A stretch of DNA of 10,240 nt from an uncultured Deinococcales bacterium (GTDB lineage Bacteria > Deinococcota > Deinococci > Deinococcales > JAAFIG01). The stretch spans positions 1 through 10,240 of the forward strand of contig CAXTKV010000186.1 of the NCBI GenBank assembly GCA_964244895.1, written 5' to 3'. Positions 1 to 7,224 of this stretch are shown here, piece after piece. Below the pieces are notes generated by a model, which was not told where the DNA came from, made no database searches, and saw only the letters and a list, made by a program, of their open reading frames with translations. The first letter of the stretch is position 1; each line of letters begins with the position of its first letter. Made by a program: the position numbers and the translations under genes.

Positions 1-133
1 TCAAATTGTGCTTCTCTGTCGCGCCCGCCATCGCGTACAGAAACCCACCGACCAGTTCGTGCTTGACGGTCGCGCGTTCCTCGAGTTCCAGGTAGGTCTC
101 GAAGCTGATGGGTTGCGGCGATGGCAAGGCCAT
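1..133 (-). CDS. Uma2 family (DUF820) putative endonuclease, N-terminal part; runs off the window edge
   Basis: Not in the ORF track. Manual translation from ATG at 133 gives MALPSPQPISFETYLELEERATVKHELVGGFLYAMAGATEKHNL, matching the Uma2 N-terminal pattern (EEYL..E....K/RHE.vdG..yAMAGas..Hn). TATACT lies 6 nt upstream. Confidence 0.85.
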   Translation of the reverse strand, partial: MALPSPQPISFETYLELEERATVKHELVGGFLYAMAGATEKHNL

Positions 134-139
134 GTCAAA

Positions 140-145
140 AGTATA
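140..145 (-). promoter_or_regulatory. -10 box (TATACT) of a probable leaderless Uma2 transcript
   Basis: The minus strand reads TATACT-tttgac-ATG with no Shine-Dalgarno sequence. Confidence 0.65.
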
Positions 146-205
146 GACCGTTGATGAAGCTGGAGAAACCAGTCCGAGTGAATTCTCGATTATTTAAGGA
201 TTTGG

Positions 206-227
206 GAACATCGTCCAACACGCGAAT
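206..227 (+). repeat. Intergenic palindromic repeat family A, degenerate copy
   Basis: gaacatcgtccaacacgcgaat is 19/22 identical to the reverse complement of 3135-3156. Confidence 0.7.
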
Positions 228-260
228 TTGAGAATGCGTTTACGAACACGTTCTTTAAAG

Positions 261-602
261 TTACTCGTGAGGACACCATTCCAGTTCAACTGAGTCGGGG
301 TATGTGAAAACGCAAAACAATTTGCCTTTCGTGTCTTGAGCATCGAGGCTTTTCATGTAGTCCCAGCCCCATTCCTCTCGAGAGGTCCCGTCATAATCCC
401 AAAGTCCGAGTTCATGTCCGCAGCTTGCCAGTGCATCCGCCACTTGACACGTTCGCGTGAAGAAGTCCACGAAGGATTCAGCCGCGCTCAAGAACGGGCG
501 AATTTCGTCTTCGAGCGCTTTAAGGCGACCTTGCCTCGCTGATTCGTCAAGGGATTCGAAAACGTCTCGGCTGAACAACTCGGATGAGAACTTGATAGAC
601 AC
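261..602 (-). CDS. Hypothetical protein, 113 aa, acidic and Trp-rich
   Basis: GTG start immediately follows the TAA of the radical SAM gene. The ORF fills the gap. About 52% GC by hand count over 301-600. No recognised motif. Confidence 0.65.
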   Translation of the reverse strand: MSIKFSSELFSRDVFESLDESARQGRLKALEDEIRPFLSAAESFVDFFTRTCQVADALASCGHELGLWDYDGTSREEWGWDYMKSLDAQDTKGKLFCVFTYPDSVELEWCPHE

Positions 603-2156
603 TTAATCCCCAGCGACCATGAAATCTGTCATATTCGCCCTGGGCATCTCGAGCACATCGGGCTTAATGATCTCTCCAGGCTTCTGCTCAAACGTCACGG
701 TGTTCAGCGCGTACTCGTCCTTCCAGCCGACTTCCTCTAACGCCGCGCGCCACGACGCGTAGTTCTCGTTGTCGCGCACCAGGTACGCGGCCTTGCCGAC
801 TTCAGCGCCGCCGCGTGCGATGACGTTCTCGACCCAGGCCCATTTCGCGCTGACGTTCCGAAGCTCGAGGTCGCGGCGCAGTTCTTTCTGGATGCGTTTG
901 AAACGCTTCTCGATCACGTCCACGCCCGCGAACGGGTCGCTGTGGTGCGGCGTGTGACGTTTGGGCACGAATGGGGAAATGCCCATCGCCACCTTCGCAA
1001 TCTTGGATAACCTTCTCGAGAACTTGATCAATTCCGTGATGTCGTCGTCGTTCTCGGGCGGAAGGCCGATCATCATGTAGACCTTCAGGCCAGAAAACCC
1101 GAGGCGTCGGCTGATCTCGGCGGTGCGGATCAGGTCTTCTTCACTGATTCCTTTTTTCATCCAGTCGCGCAAGCGCTGGCTGGCGGCGTCGCTGGCGACC
1201 GTGAAGGATCGCAGGCCGCCGTCCCTGAGAATCTGCGCCAGTTCCTCGTCCACCGTGTCCGCCCGGATGCTCGAGACGCCCAATTTCACGCCGCGTTCGG
1301 TCAGGACGCGCCCGACGTGCTTGGTGTGCTTGAAATCGGATAAGGCCGCGCCGACCAGGCCGACTTTCGTGACCCAATCGGGGATGCAGGCCAGCAAGTC
1401 GTCGGCTTCGTTGTTGCGGTTCGGGCCGTACATGGTGCGCGCCAGACAGAAGGTGCACGGGCGCGGGCAACCGCGTTGGGCTTCGACCAGGAACATGTTC
1501 GAGAGTTCGGAATGAGGCGTGACGATCTGGCTGTAGGCGGGGAGTTTTTCTTTGGGCGCGGTCGCCCAGATCGGCTCAAACTGGTCGCGGTCGGGCAGGA
1601 AAATGCCGGGGCGACCTTCCAGCATCTCGAGGAATTCGGCGCGCGTGCTGGATTCCCGGTACGCTTCGGCGATGATGGGCACGATCATCTCGCCGTCACC
1701 GATGCAGATCACGTCCGCGAAGGGCGCTAGGGGGTACGGGTTGCTGGACGTGAGCGGCCCGCCGATGATCACGATGGGGTCGCTGTCGTCGCGTTCCGTG
1801 CGCCACGGGTTCAGGTTTGAAAGCTCCAGAAACCGGATGATGTTGGTGATGTCCAGTTCAAATGACACGCTGAAGGCCATGATGTCCGCGTATCCGACGG
1901 GTTCGCCGCTTTCGAGCATCGGTAGGGGTTCGCGGGTGGCTTTGAAGGCTTCAACGTCGTCGGGCAGGAACGCCCGTTCGCAGGCGAAGTGCTCTTCTTC
2001 GTTGAACATCCGGTAGATGACTTGCAATCCCAGGCTGGCCATGCCGACCGAATAGCGGTTCGGGAAGCACAAGGCCACGCGCGTCGGTGCCTGACGGTAA
2101 ATCGTACCGATTTCGTCCGCCAGGAGGGGTTTCAGGTTTTTTCGCCAGTAACTCAA
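603..2156 (-). CDS. Radical SAM protein with N-terminal B12-binding-like domain
   Basis: CxxxCxxC motif in RGCPRPCTFC; N-terminal FPNRYSVGMASLG and ERAFLP motifs; KVYMMIGLPPE and PFVPKRHTP motifs; TTG start preceded by AGAGGA. Confidence 0.9.
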   Translation of the reverse strand: MSYWRKNLKPLLADEIGTIYRQAPTRVALCFPNRYSVGMASLGLQVIYRMFNEEEHFACERAFLPDDVEAFKATREPLPMLESGEPVGYADIMAFSVSFELDITNIIRFLELSNLNPWRTERDDSDPIVIIGGPLTSSNPYPLAPFADVICIGDGEMIVPIIAEAYRESSTRAEFLEMLEGRPGIFLPDRDQFEPIWATAPKEKLPAYSQIVTPHSELSNMFLVEAQRGCPRPCTFCLARTMYGPNRNNEADDLLACIPDWVTKVGLVGAALSDFKHTKHVGRVLTERGVKLGVSSIRADTVDEELAQILRDGGLRSFTVASDAASQRLRDWMKKGISEEDLIRTAEISRRLGFSGLKVYMMIGLPPENDDDITELIKFSRRLSKIAKVAMGISPFVPKRHTPHHSDPFAGVDVIEKRFKRIQKELRRDLELRNVSAKWAWVENVIARGGAEVGKAAYLVRDNENYASWRAALEEVGWKDEYALNTVTFEQKPGEIIKPDVLEMPRANMTDFMVAGD

Positions 2157-2218
2157 GTGATGTCCTCTTCGGCTTTCGCGTCGAACGCCCCGAGCGAGCC
2201 GATGCTCGAGAACGCTCG

Positions 2219-2224
2219 AGTGTA
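2219..2224 (-). promoter_or_regulatory. Putative -10 box (TACACT) for the radical SAM gene
   Basis: TANNNT hexamer about 60 nt upstream of the TTG start, with an RBS in between. Confidence 0.4.
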
Positions 2225-2349
2225 GCAGAGCGTTCAGGGGCTGAATGTCTGCCGCAGAACGCGAAATCCCGCGTGTTGCCTTCCCTGTTCCACAGGGCAG
2301 GTGTCATCAGCCTGCCTGTGGTTGATAACGGAGGGGACGCTTTTGCGGC

Positions 2350-2398
2350 AACACCGTCTGGGACGGTACTCTTGGGATCGCGTCTCTGACGGTATTTT
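2350..2398. repeat. Repeat family A, one good and one degenerate copy
   Basis: aacaccgtctgggacggtact (2350-2370) and cgcgtctctgacggtatttt (2379-2398). Confidence 0.75.
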
Positions 2399-2470
2399 TT
2401 ACTTGCGCTTGCTTCCGGTACGGTCTTGCGCCCAGAATGCGTCATTCACGTTTGAGGCTCGAGGGGGCGT

Positions 2471-3007
2471 ATGCGAATGTATTCCGTGCTGTTCGGGGTT
2501 GTGGTGGTGATCGTGGTCGCGTTGATGATTTCCAACGCGCCGACGTTGTTGCAGAATTCCGCCTTCGCGCTGCCGTTTCTGGGATCGTTCTTCGGGCCGT
2601 TCCGGTTGATCGGTTTGGTGGCCTTGGTCGGTGTGGCGGGGCTTTTCACGCTGGTCTGGAGCCTCTCCGCGACGCGGGTGCAGGCGCGCAGTGCGCGCGA
2701 TTTGCGGCAGATCGAGGATTTGCGTCGGTCGTTGGACAAAGAAGAAGCGACGAGGTTCGCAGCCCTGTCCGCCCGGTTGGACGAGCACGCGAAGAACATC
2801 CTCGCGAGGCTCGAGTCCGGGGTTCCGGCGCGGGTTTCGGGTGCGATGGGTGATTCGACGGATCGGCTCGTCTCGAGCGTCAACGCGAGGATGGATCGGG
2901 TGCGGGATGAACTGGCGGCGGATATCGGCGCAGCGGAGGAATCAATTTTGCGGGCTTTGGGGGATGCTCGTGCCATTTCCGATGATCGTCCTCGCCGAAA
3001 TTCCTGA
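2471..3007 (+). CDS. Hypothetical membrane protein with two N-terminal TM segments and a helical/coiled-coil C-terminus (loosely LapA-like topology)
   Basis: GAGGGGG RBS-like sequence at 2461-2467; hydrophobic stretches VLFGVVVVIVVALMI and LIGLVALVGVAGLFTLVW, then a charged helical region. Confidence 0.8.
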   Translation: MRMYSVLFGVVVVIVVALMISNAPTLLQNSAFALPFLGSFFGPFRLIGLVALVGVAGLFTLVWSLSATRVQARSARDLRQIEDLRRSLDKEEATRFAALSARLDEHAKNILARLESGVPARVSGAMGDSTDRLVSSVNARMDRVRDELAADIGAAEESILRALGDARAISDDRPRRNS

Positions 3008-3050
3008 TCTCGAGTTCAGATCAGTGTGCAAATTGATGAACCATGAATTT

Positions 3051-3156
3051 GCGTCCAGCACGGCGCTCGTAACTTTTGAGCGCTGTGTCACATTCGGAAA
3101 GTTCGTGCTGAACGCTGTTATCGGTGATTCAGATATTCGCGTGCTGGACGGTGTTT
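3051..3156. repeat. Repeat family A, three degenerate copies
   Basis: gcgtccagcacggcgc (3051-3066), gttcgtgctgaacgctgtt (3101-3119), attcgcgtgctggacggtgttt (3135-3156). Confidence 0.7.
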
Positions 3157-3212
3157 GTCTATACCAAGGTGCGGCTGGTCAAAATCCTTGCTTTTGGGCT
3201 TCTCATTCGGTT

Positions 3213-3218
3213 TAGAAT
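3213..3218 (+). promoter_or_regulatory. -10 box (TAGAAT) of the M23-bactofilin operon, probably leaderless
   Basis: TAGAAT 8 nt before the ATG at 3227, with no SD. TTGCTT at 3188-3193 is a possible -35. Confidence 0.55.
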
Positions 3219-3226
3219 GCCGCGAT

Positions 3227-4237
3227 ATGTCGGCTGGCAGAAGACGAACCCAAAAACGAGGCTGGACGATTCTCATTATACCTGATCGTGGCGAACCCCG
3301 TCCGCTCAGGTTGGGTTTTGGACTGCTGGTCGTCGCGGGCTTTCTCGGCGTCGGGCTGGGACTCGGCGCGGTCGGCGCACCGATGCTGCTGGCGGGCAGC
3401 CTGAGCGCCAACGCGATCATGGTCGGGCAGAACGGCAAACTGCTGGCCGAGAACTCCGGCCTGAAGCTCAAGCTGGCCAACACCGACAAGCAGCACGACA
3501 CCGAAATGGCCGCCCAAAAACGCGACGGGGATCGATTGTTGAACATCGAACGCGCCAAGGTGGACAGCCTGACCCGTCAGGCGCGCCAGGTCACGTCGAA
3601 ACTCTTTGAGCTTCAGAACCGCGTCGATGCCATCGCAGCGCGCGCGGGCGTCGGCAGCGCCGTGCGCGCATCCACGGGTCGCGGCGGTGCGAGCATCGAA
3701 GTCACCGATCCCGCGCAGGCGTACAACGCGCTGGACGAGCTGCTCAACAAGACCAGCACCACCCTGACCCGCGCCGCAGGCCCGCTCGAGGCCACCATGC
3801 GCCGCGAGGCCGCGATCCCCGCAGGCTGGCCCGCCACGGGCCCGATCACCTCGAATTTTGGGTACCGGATCGGGCCGCGCACCGGACGGCTGGAACTGCA
3901 CACGGGCTGGGACATCGCCGGAGGCTTCGGCAACCCGGTCGCCGCGACCGCACCCGGCGTGGTGGTCGAAGCGGGCTGGACGAACGCGGGGTACGGACTG
4001 CACGTCGTGATCGATCACGGTTACGGTTACAGGACGCTCTACGGGCACCTCTCGAGGATCGGGGTCAGCATCGGAGAGCGCGTCTCGCCGGGGGATTTCC
4101 TGGGTAACATCGGTTCGACCGGTAACTCGACCGGGCCGCACCTGCACTACGAGGTTCGGGTCGGTAACACCCCGATCAATCCGGGGCCGTTCCTCAGCCG
4201 CTCGCGCCCGCGCTACGCCACATTGGAGACCAGATGA
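3227..4237 (+). CDS. Membrane-anchored M23 (LytM-type) metallo-endopeptidase with coiled-coil
   Basis: Zn ligands HTGWD (HxxxD) and STGPHLHYEV (HxH); GYG...IDHG and YGHLS motifs; N-terminal TM helix and coiled-coil. Start moved to ATG 3227 because the ORF-track start at 3155 overlaps a repeat and the -10 box. Confidence 0.92.
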   Translation: MSAGRRRTQKRGWTILIIPDRGEPRPLRLGFGLLVVAGFLGVGLGLGAVGAPMLLAGSLSANAIMVGQNGKLLAENSGLKLKLANTDKQHDTEMAAQKRDGDRLLNIERAKVDSLTRQARQVTSKLFELQNRVDAIAARAGVGSAVRASTGRGGASIEVTDPAQAYNALDELLNKTSTTLTRAAGPLEATMRREAAIPAGWPATGPITSNFGYRIGPRTGRLELHTGWDIAGGFGNPVAATAPGVVVEAGWTNAGYGLHVVIDHGYGYRTLYGHLSRIGVSIGERVSPGDFLGNIGSTGNSTGPHLHYEVRVGNTPINPGPFLSRSRPRYATLETR

Positions 4238-4656
4238 TCAGACGCAACGACAACAAGGCCGCCCCGGCCCAACCGAGCGGTTCGGCCTACACTTTCCTGG
4301 AGAAAGGCACCGTCATCACGGGCGACCTGACCGCCAGCGGTCACGTCCGGGTGGACGGTCAGATTCACGGCAACGTCACCGTTCGCGGCAACCTGGAAGT
4401 TTCCGCCGGAGCCAGCGTCGAGGGCGAAAAGCTCGAGGTCGAGAACCTGACCCTGCACGGCTCCGTCAAGGCCAACGTGGTCGCCAAGGGCAAGATCACG
4501 CTCAGCAAATCGGGACGATTGGTCGGCGACGTGCGCGCCACGTCCCTCGACATCGAATCGGGTGCGATGTTCTCGGGGCGCAGCGAAATGAACGCCGGTT
4601 CCGGCGCGCCTGCCGTCGATCCCGGAGCGCTCGGACGGCTCAAGGACGCCAAGTAA
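4234..4656 (+). CDS. Bactofilin (polymer-forming cytoskeletal protein, CcmA/DUF583 family)
   Basis: Beta-helix repeats (GTVITGDL, VRVDGQIHGNV, LHGSVKANV, GRLVGDV, LDIESGAMFSG). ATGA overlap with the M23 gene. Confidence 0.93.
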   Translation: MIRRNDNKAAPAQPSGSAYTFLEKGTVITGDLTASGHVRVDGQIHGNVTVRGNLEVSAGASVEGEKLEVENLTLHGSVKANVVAKGKITLSKSGRLVGDVRATSLDIESGAMFSGRSEMNAGSGAPAVDPGALGRLKDAK

Positions 4657-4689
4657 AGAAGTAAAGAACGCCGGGTAAGCGCAATTTTT

Positions 4690-4733
4690 GCGTCCCAGAC
4701 GGTCTATCCTGGACCGGATACCGTCTGGGACGC
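4690..4733. repeat. Repeat family A inverted pair; possible terminator of the M23-bactofilin operon
   Basis: gcgtcccagacggt (4690-4703) and accgtctgggacgc (4720-4733) are perfect 14-bp inverted repeats, followed by ttttt. Confidence 0.8.
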
Positions 4734-4850
4734 TTTTTGCCGTGCGCCGAAATAACGTCGGTTGGCGTTCACCGATCTTGCTACGAAAACCTGGCGTACA
4801 TTTCCAGATGAGACCTCTTAAGAAAGTCAATCTCGAGAACGTGATCACGC

Positions 4851-4917
4851 GAGGGCAACCATAAAGATTGCCCCTACAGGACAGGCTTTTGTAGGGGTAA
4901 CCCTTGTGGTTACCCTC
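4851..4917. repeat. GTAG-headed REP doublet (family B), inverted
   Basis: The reverse complement of 4851-4878 (tgtaggggcaatctttatggttgccctc) matches 4890-4917 (tgtaggggtaacccttgtggttaccctc) at 23/28. Each is GTAG followed by an imperfect hairpin. Confidence 0.85.
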
Positions 4918-5008
4918 CCCTCGGCACGTATTCGATCACGTTCGCAGCAGGTCTATTTCTTCTCGCTGCAAGCTCGGTCTCGAGCCACCAGCCCCACTCG
5001 AGATTGAA

Positions 5009-5020
5009 CGTCTGGGACGG
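5009..5020. repeat. Repeat family A core copy
   Basis: cgtctgggacgg, the same core as in 2350-2370 and 9035-9049. Confidence 0.55.
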
Positions 5021-5085
5021 CTCACGCGTCGGGTCGAGCCCGGTACGCTGTCGGTCGAAGCGGCGTTTTTTGAGTTCAGAGCCGT

Positions 5086-5091
5086 TAGAAT
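5086..5091 (+). promoter_or_regulatory. Putative -10 box (TAGAAT) for accDA
   Basis: ttagaatgc context identical to the M23 promoter; about 40 nt upstream of the start; AGGAG RBS at 5122-5126. Confidence 0.5.
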
Positions 5092-5132
5092 GCGCGCGTG
5101 ATCCCCGAACCATTCTGCTCCAGGAGCGACCC

Positions 5133-6038
5133 GTGACCCTCGAGCGGTTCTTCAGACGGCGCGGCCCGAAGCGTGACCAGAACGAGGACTTGCCCGACCT
5201 GTGGTCGAAATGCCCGCGTTGCAACGCGCAGGTCTACAACAAGGATCTCGAGGCCAACCTGCGCGTCTGCCCGCACTGCGCTTACCACCACCGCCTGCCC
5301 GTGCGCCGCCGCGCGGAAGCCCTCTCGGACCCCGGAAGCTTCGAGCTCACGTCCGGTAAGGTGCGGCCCGTCGATGCCCTCGGCTTCGTAGACACGGAAC
5401 CGTACACGGAGCGCCTGGAGCGATCCCGCAAGAAGACTGGGCGCGAGAACGCGATCCTCGCGGGTCGGGCGAGCTTGGCGGAGTTGCCGATCGTGCTGGT
5501 GATCATGGATTTCGAGTTCTCCGGCGCTTCCTTGGGTTCCGCCGAGGGCGAGGAGATCGCGCGGGCTGCCGAACTGGCCGCGCGCGAAGACCGCGCGCTG
5601 GTGCTGGTGGCCGCGTCCGGCGGCGCGCGAATGCAGGAGAGCGCCCTGTCGTTGATGCAGATGGCCAAGACGACCATCGCCCTGGAACAGCTGGCCATCA
5701 AGCACCTGCCGTACATCACGATCCTGACCGACCCGACCACCGGCGGCGTGACCGCCAGTTACGCCACCATCGCCGACGTGATCCTGGCCGAACCCGACGC
5801 ACTGATCGGCTTCGCGGGTCAGCGCGTGATCCAGCAAACCATCCGCCAGAGCCTGCCGGATGGCTTTCAGCGCGCGGAATTCTACGAGAAAAAGGGTTTC
5901 GTGGACATCGTCTCCGATCGGCGCAACCACCGCGCGGTGCTGGCCGATCTGATCGCCATGCTGACCCACCGACCCAAGCCCGACCCGAAAGAACTCGAGC
6001 CCGTCAACGTCGTGCCGACCCAACGGGGACGCCGATGA
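5133..6038 (+). CDS. accD: Acetyl-CoA carboxylase carboxyltransferase beta subunit
   Basis: Zn finger LWSKCPRC...[41 protein letters not shown] and [10 protein letters not shown] motifs; GTG start after AGGAG. Confidence 0.97.
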   Translation: MTLERFFRRRGPKRDQNEDLPDLWSKCPRCNAQVYNKDLEANLRVCPHCAYHHRLPVRRRAEALSDPGSFELTSGKVRPVDALGFVDTEPYTERLERSRKKTGRENAILAGRASLAELPIVLVIMDFEFSGASLGSAEGEEIARAAELAAREDRALVLVAASGGARMQESALSLMQMAKTTIALEQLAIKHLPYITILTDPTTGGVTASYATIADVILAEPDALIGFAGQRVIQQTIRQSLPDGFQRAEFYEKKGFVDIVSDRRNHRAVLADLIAMLTHRPKPDPKELEPVNVVPTQRGRR

Positions 6039-6040
6039 GG

Positions 6041-6075
6041 GCGGTCAGCGGTCAGAAGTCAGAGGTCAAAGGCAA
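6041..6075 (+). repeat. Heptamer tandem array (gcggtca-like)
   Basis: gcggtca gcggtca gaagtca gaggtca aaggcaa. Confidence 0.7.
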
Positions 6076-6120
6076 CACCGTCCAGCACGGTGTCCCTCTG
6101 GTGCCTGCTGGACGGTGTTC
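6074..6120. repeat. Repeat family A inverted pair
   Basis: aacaccgtccagcacggtgt (6074-6093) and tgctggacggtgtt (6106-6119) give a perfect 14-bp inverted match. Confidence 0.85.
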
Positions 6121-6123
6121 CCT

Positions 6124-6151
6124 TGCGGCTCGCGGCTCGCGGCCCGCGGCT
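6124..6151 (+). repeat. Heptamer tandem array (cgcggct-like)
   Basis: tgcggct cgcggct cgcggcc cgcggct. Confidence 0.75.
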
Positions 6152-6171
6152 TTCATGGAGAGGATCTCCTG

Positions 6172-7125
6172 ATGGCCCTCGACTTTGAAAAACCCGTGCT
6201 GGATCTCGAGAGCCGCATCTCGGAACTCGAGAAATACGGTCGGGATTCCAACGTGGACATGGGCGAGGAAGTCGCGCTGCTGCAGCGCCGCCTGGAGCGC
6301 CTGCGATCCGAGACCTTCGACGGTCTGACGCGCTGGCAGCGCGTGCAACTCGCGCGAGCGGCGGGCAGACCCACCAGCCTCGATTACATCTCGAAGATCA
6401 TGACGAATTTCACCGAGCTGCACGGCGACCGCGCCTTCGGTGAAGACCCTGCGATCGTGGGCGGTCTGGCGCGCTTCAACGGGCGTCCGATCGTGATCGT
6501 CGGGCAGCAGAAAGGCCGCGATACCAAGGAAAACATCTCGCGCAATTTTGGCATGGCGCACCCGGAAGGTTTCCGCAAGGGCATGCGGCTGATGGACATG
6601 GCCGAGAAGTTCCAGATGCCCCTTATCGCCCTGATCGACACGCCCGGCGCATACCCAGGCGTGGCCGCCGAGGAGCGCGGCCAAGCTTGGCTGATCGCGC
6701 AATCGATTCAGCGCATGTCCAGGTTGCGCATCCCCGCGATTGCGGTCGTGATCGGCGAGGGCGGCTCCGGCGGTGCGCTCGCGCTGGGCGTGGGCAACCG
6801 CGTGCTGATCCTCGAGAACGGCGTTTACAGCGTGATCTCGCCCGAATCGTGCGCCGCCATCATCTGGCGCGACGCCAAGGAAGCCGAGAAAGCCGCCGAA
6901 GCCATGAAGCTGACCGCGCAAGATTTGCTGCCCTTCGGCATCGTGGATGAGATCATTCACGAACCCAGAGGCGGCGCGCACAACGACCCGGACGGCGCTG
7001 CCGCCAACCTCAAGGCCGCGCTGGAAAAGCACCTGGCTGAACTCGAGCACTTGTCCGAAAGCGAACTGCTCGCCCAGCGCGCGGATCGTTTCCGCAAGCT
7101 CGGCGTCTTCGAGGAGTTGGCGTAG
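6172..7125 (+). CDS. accA: Acetyl-CoA carboxylase carboxyltransferase alpha subunit
   Basis: [57 protein letters not shown] and YSVISPE motifs; ATG after GGAGAGG. Confidence 0.97.
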   Translation: MALDFEKPVLDLESRISELEKYGRDSNVDMGEEVALLQRRLERLRSETFDGLTRWQRVQLARAAGRPTSLDYISKIMTNFTELHGDRAFGEDPAIVGGLARFNGRPIVIVGQQKGRDTKENISRNFGMAHPEGFRKGMRLMDMAEKFQMPLIALIDTPGAYPGVAAEERGQAWLIAQSIQRMSRLRIPAIAVVIGEGGSGGALALGVGNRVLILENGVYSVISPESCAAIIWRDAKEAEKAAEAMKLTAQDLLPFGIVDEIIHEPRGGAHNDPDGAAANLKAALEKHLAELEHLSESELLAQRADRFRKLGVFEELA

Positions 7126-7153
7126 CGCAAGCTCGAGCCTCAATCGCTGTTTG

Positions 7154-7180
7154 AAGAACACCGTCCAGGACGGTGTTCTT
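7154..7180. terminator. Perfect family A palindrome between convergent accA and DUF433 genes; probable terminator
   Basis: aagaacaccgtcc-a-ggacggtgttctt has 13-bp perfect arms and is followed by gttttct on the + strand. Confidence 0.7.
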
Positions 7181-7224
7181 GTTTTCTCAAGAATGGTGCG
7201 CAGGATGGTCTTCTCAAGATCGCA

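Noticed and set aside
1..602. Uma2 plus the orphan gene as a toxin-antitoxin or defence pair
   Set aside because: Uma2 has its own -10 box and is separated by a 127-bp gap. Uma2 genes are commonly scattered singly, and only 44 codons are visible.
2285..2330. DnaA-box cluster or replication origin
   Set aside because: Only two poor matches to TTATCCACA, with no AT-rich unwinding region and no dnaA/dnaN context.
1951..2445. 164-aa minus-strand ORF and 2087-2389 plus-strand ORF
   Set aside because: They overlap the radical SAM start and run through repeats and promoter DNA; composition is not protein-like.
3004..3024. Hairpin ctgatct-cgagttc-agatcag at the membrane-protein stop as a terminator
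   Set aside because: The 7-bp stem is weak and has no U-tract.
4904..5224. Small ORFs 4904-5101 (+) and 4910-5224 (-)
   Set aside because: They begin or end inside the REP doublet or overlap accD, and have no RBS or motif support.
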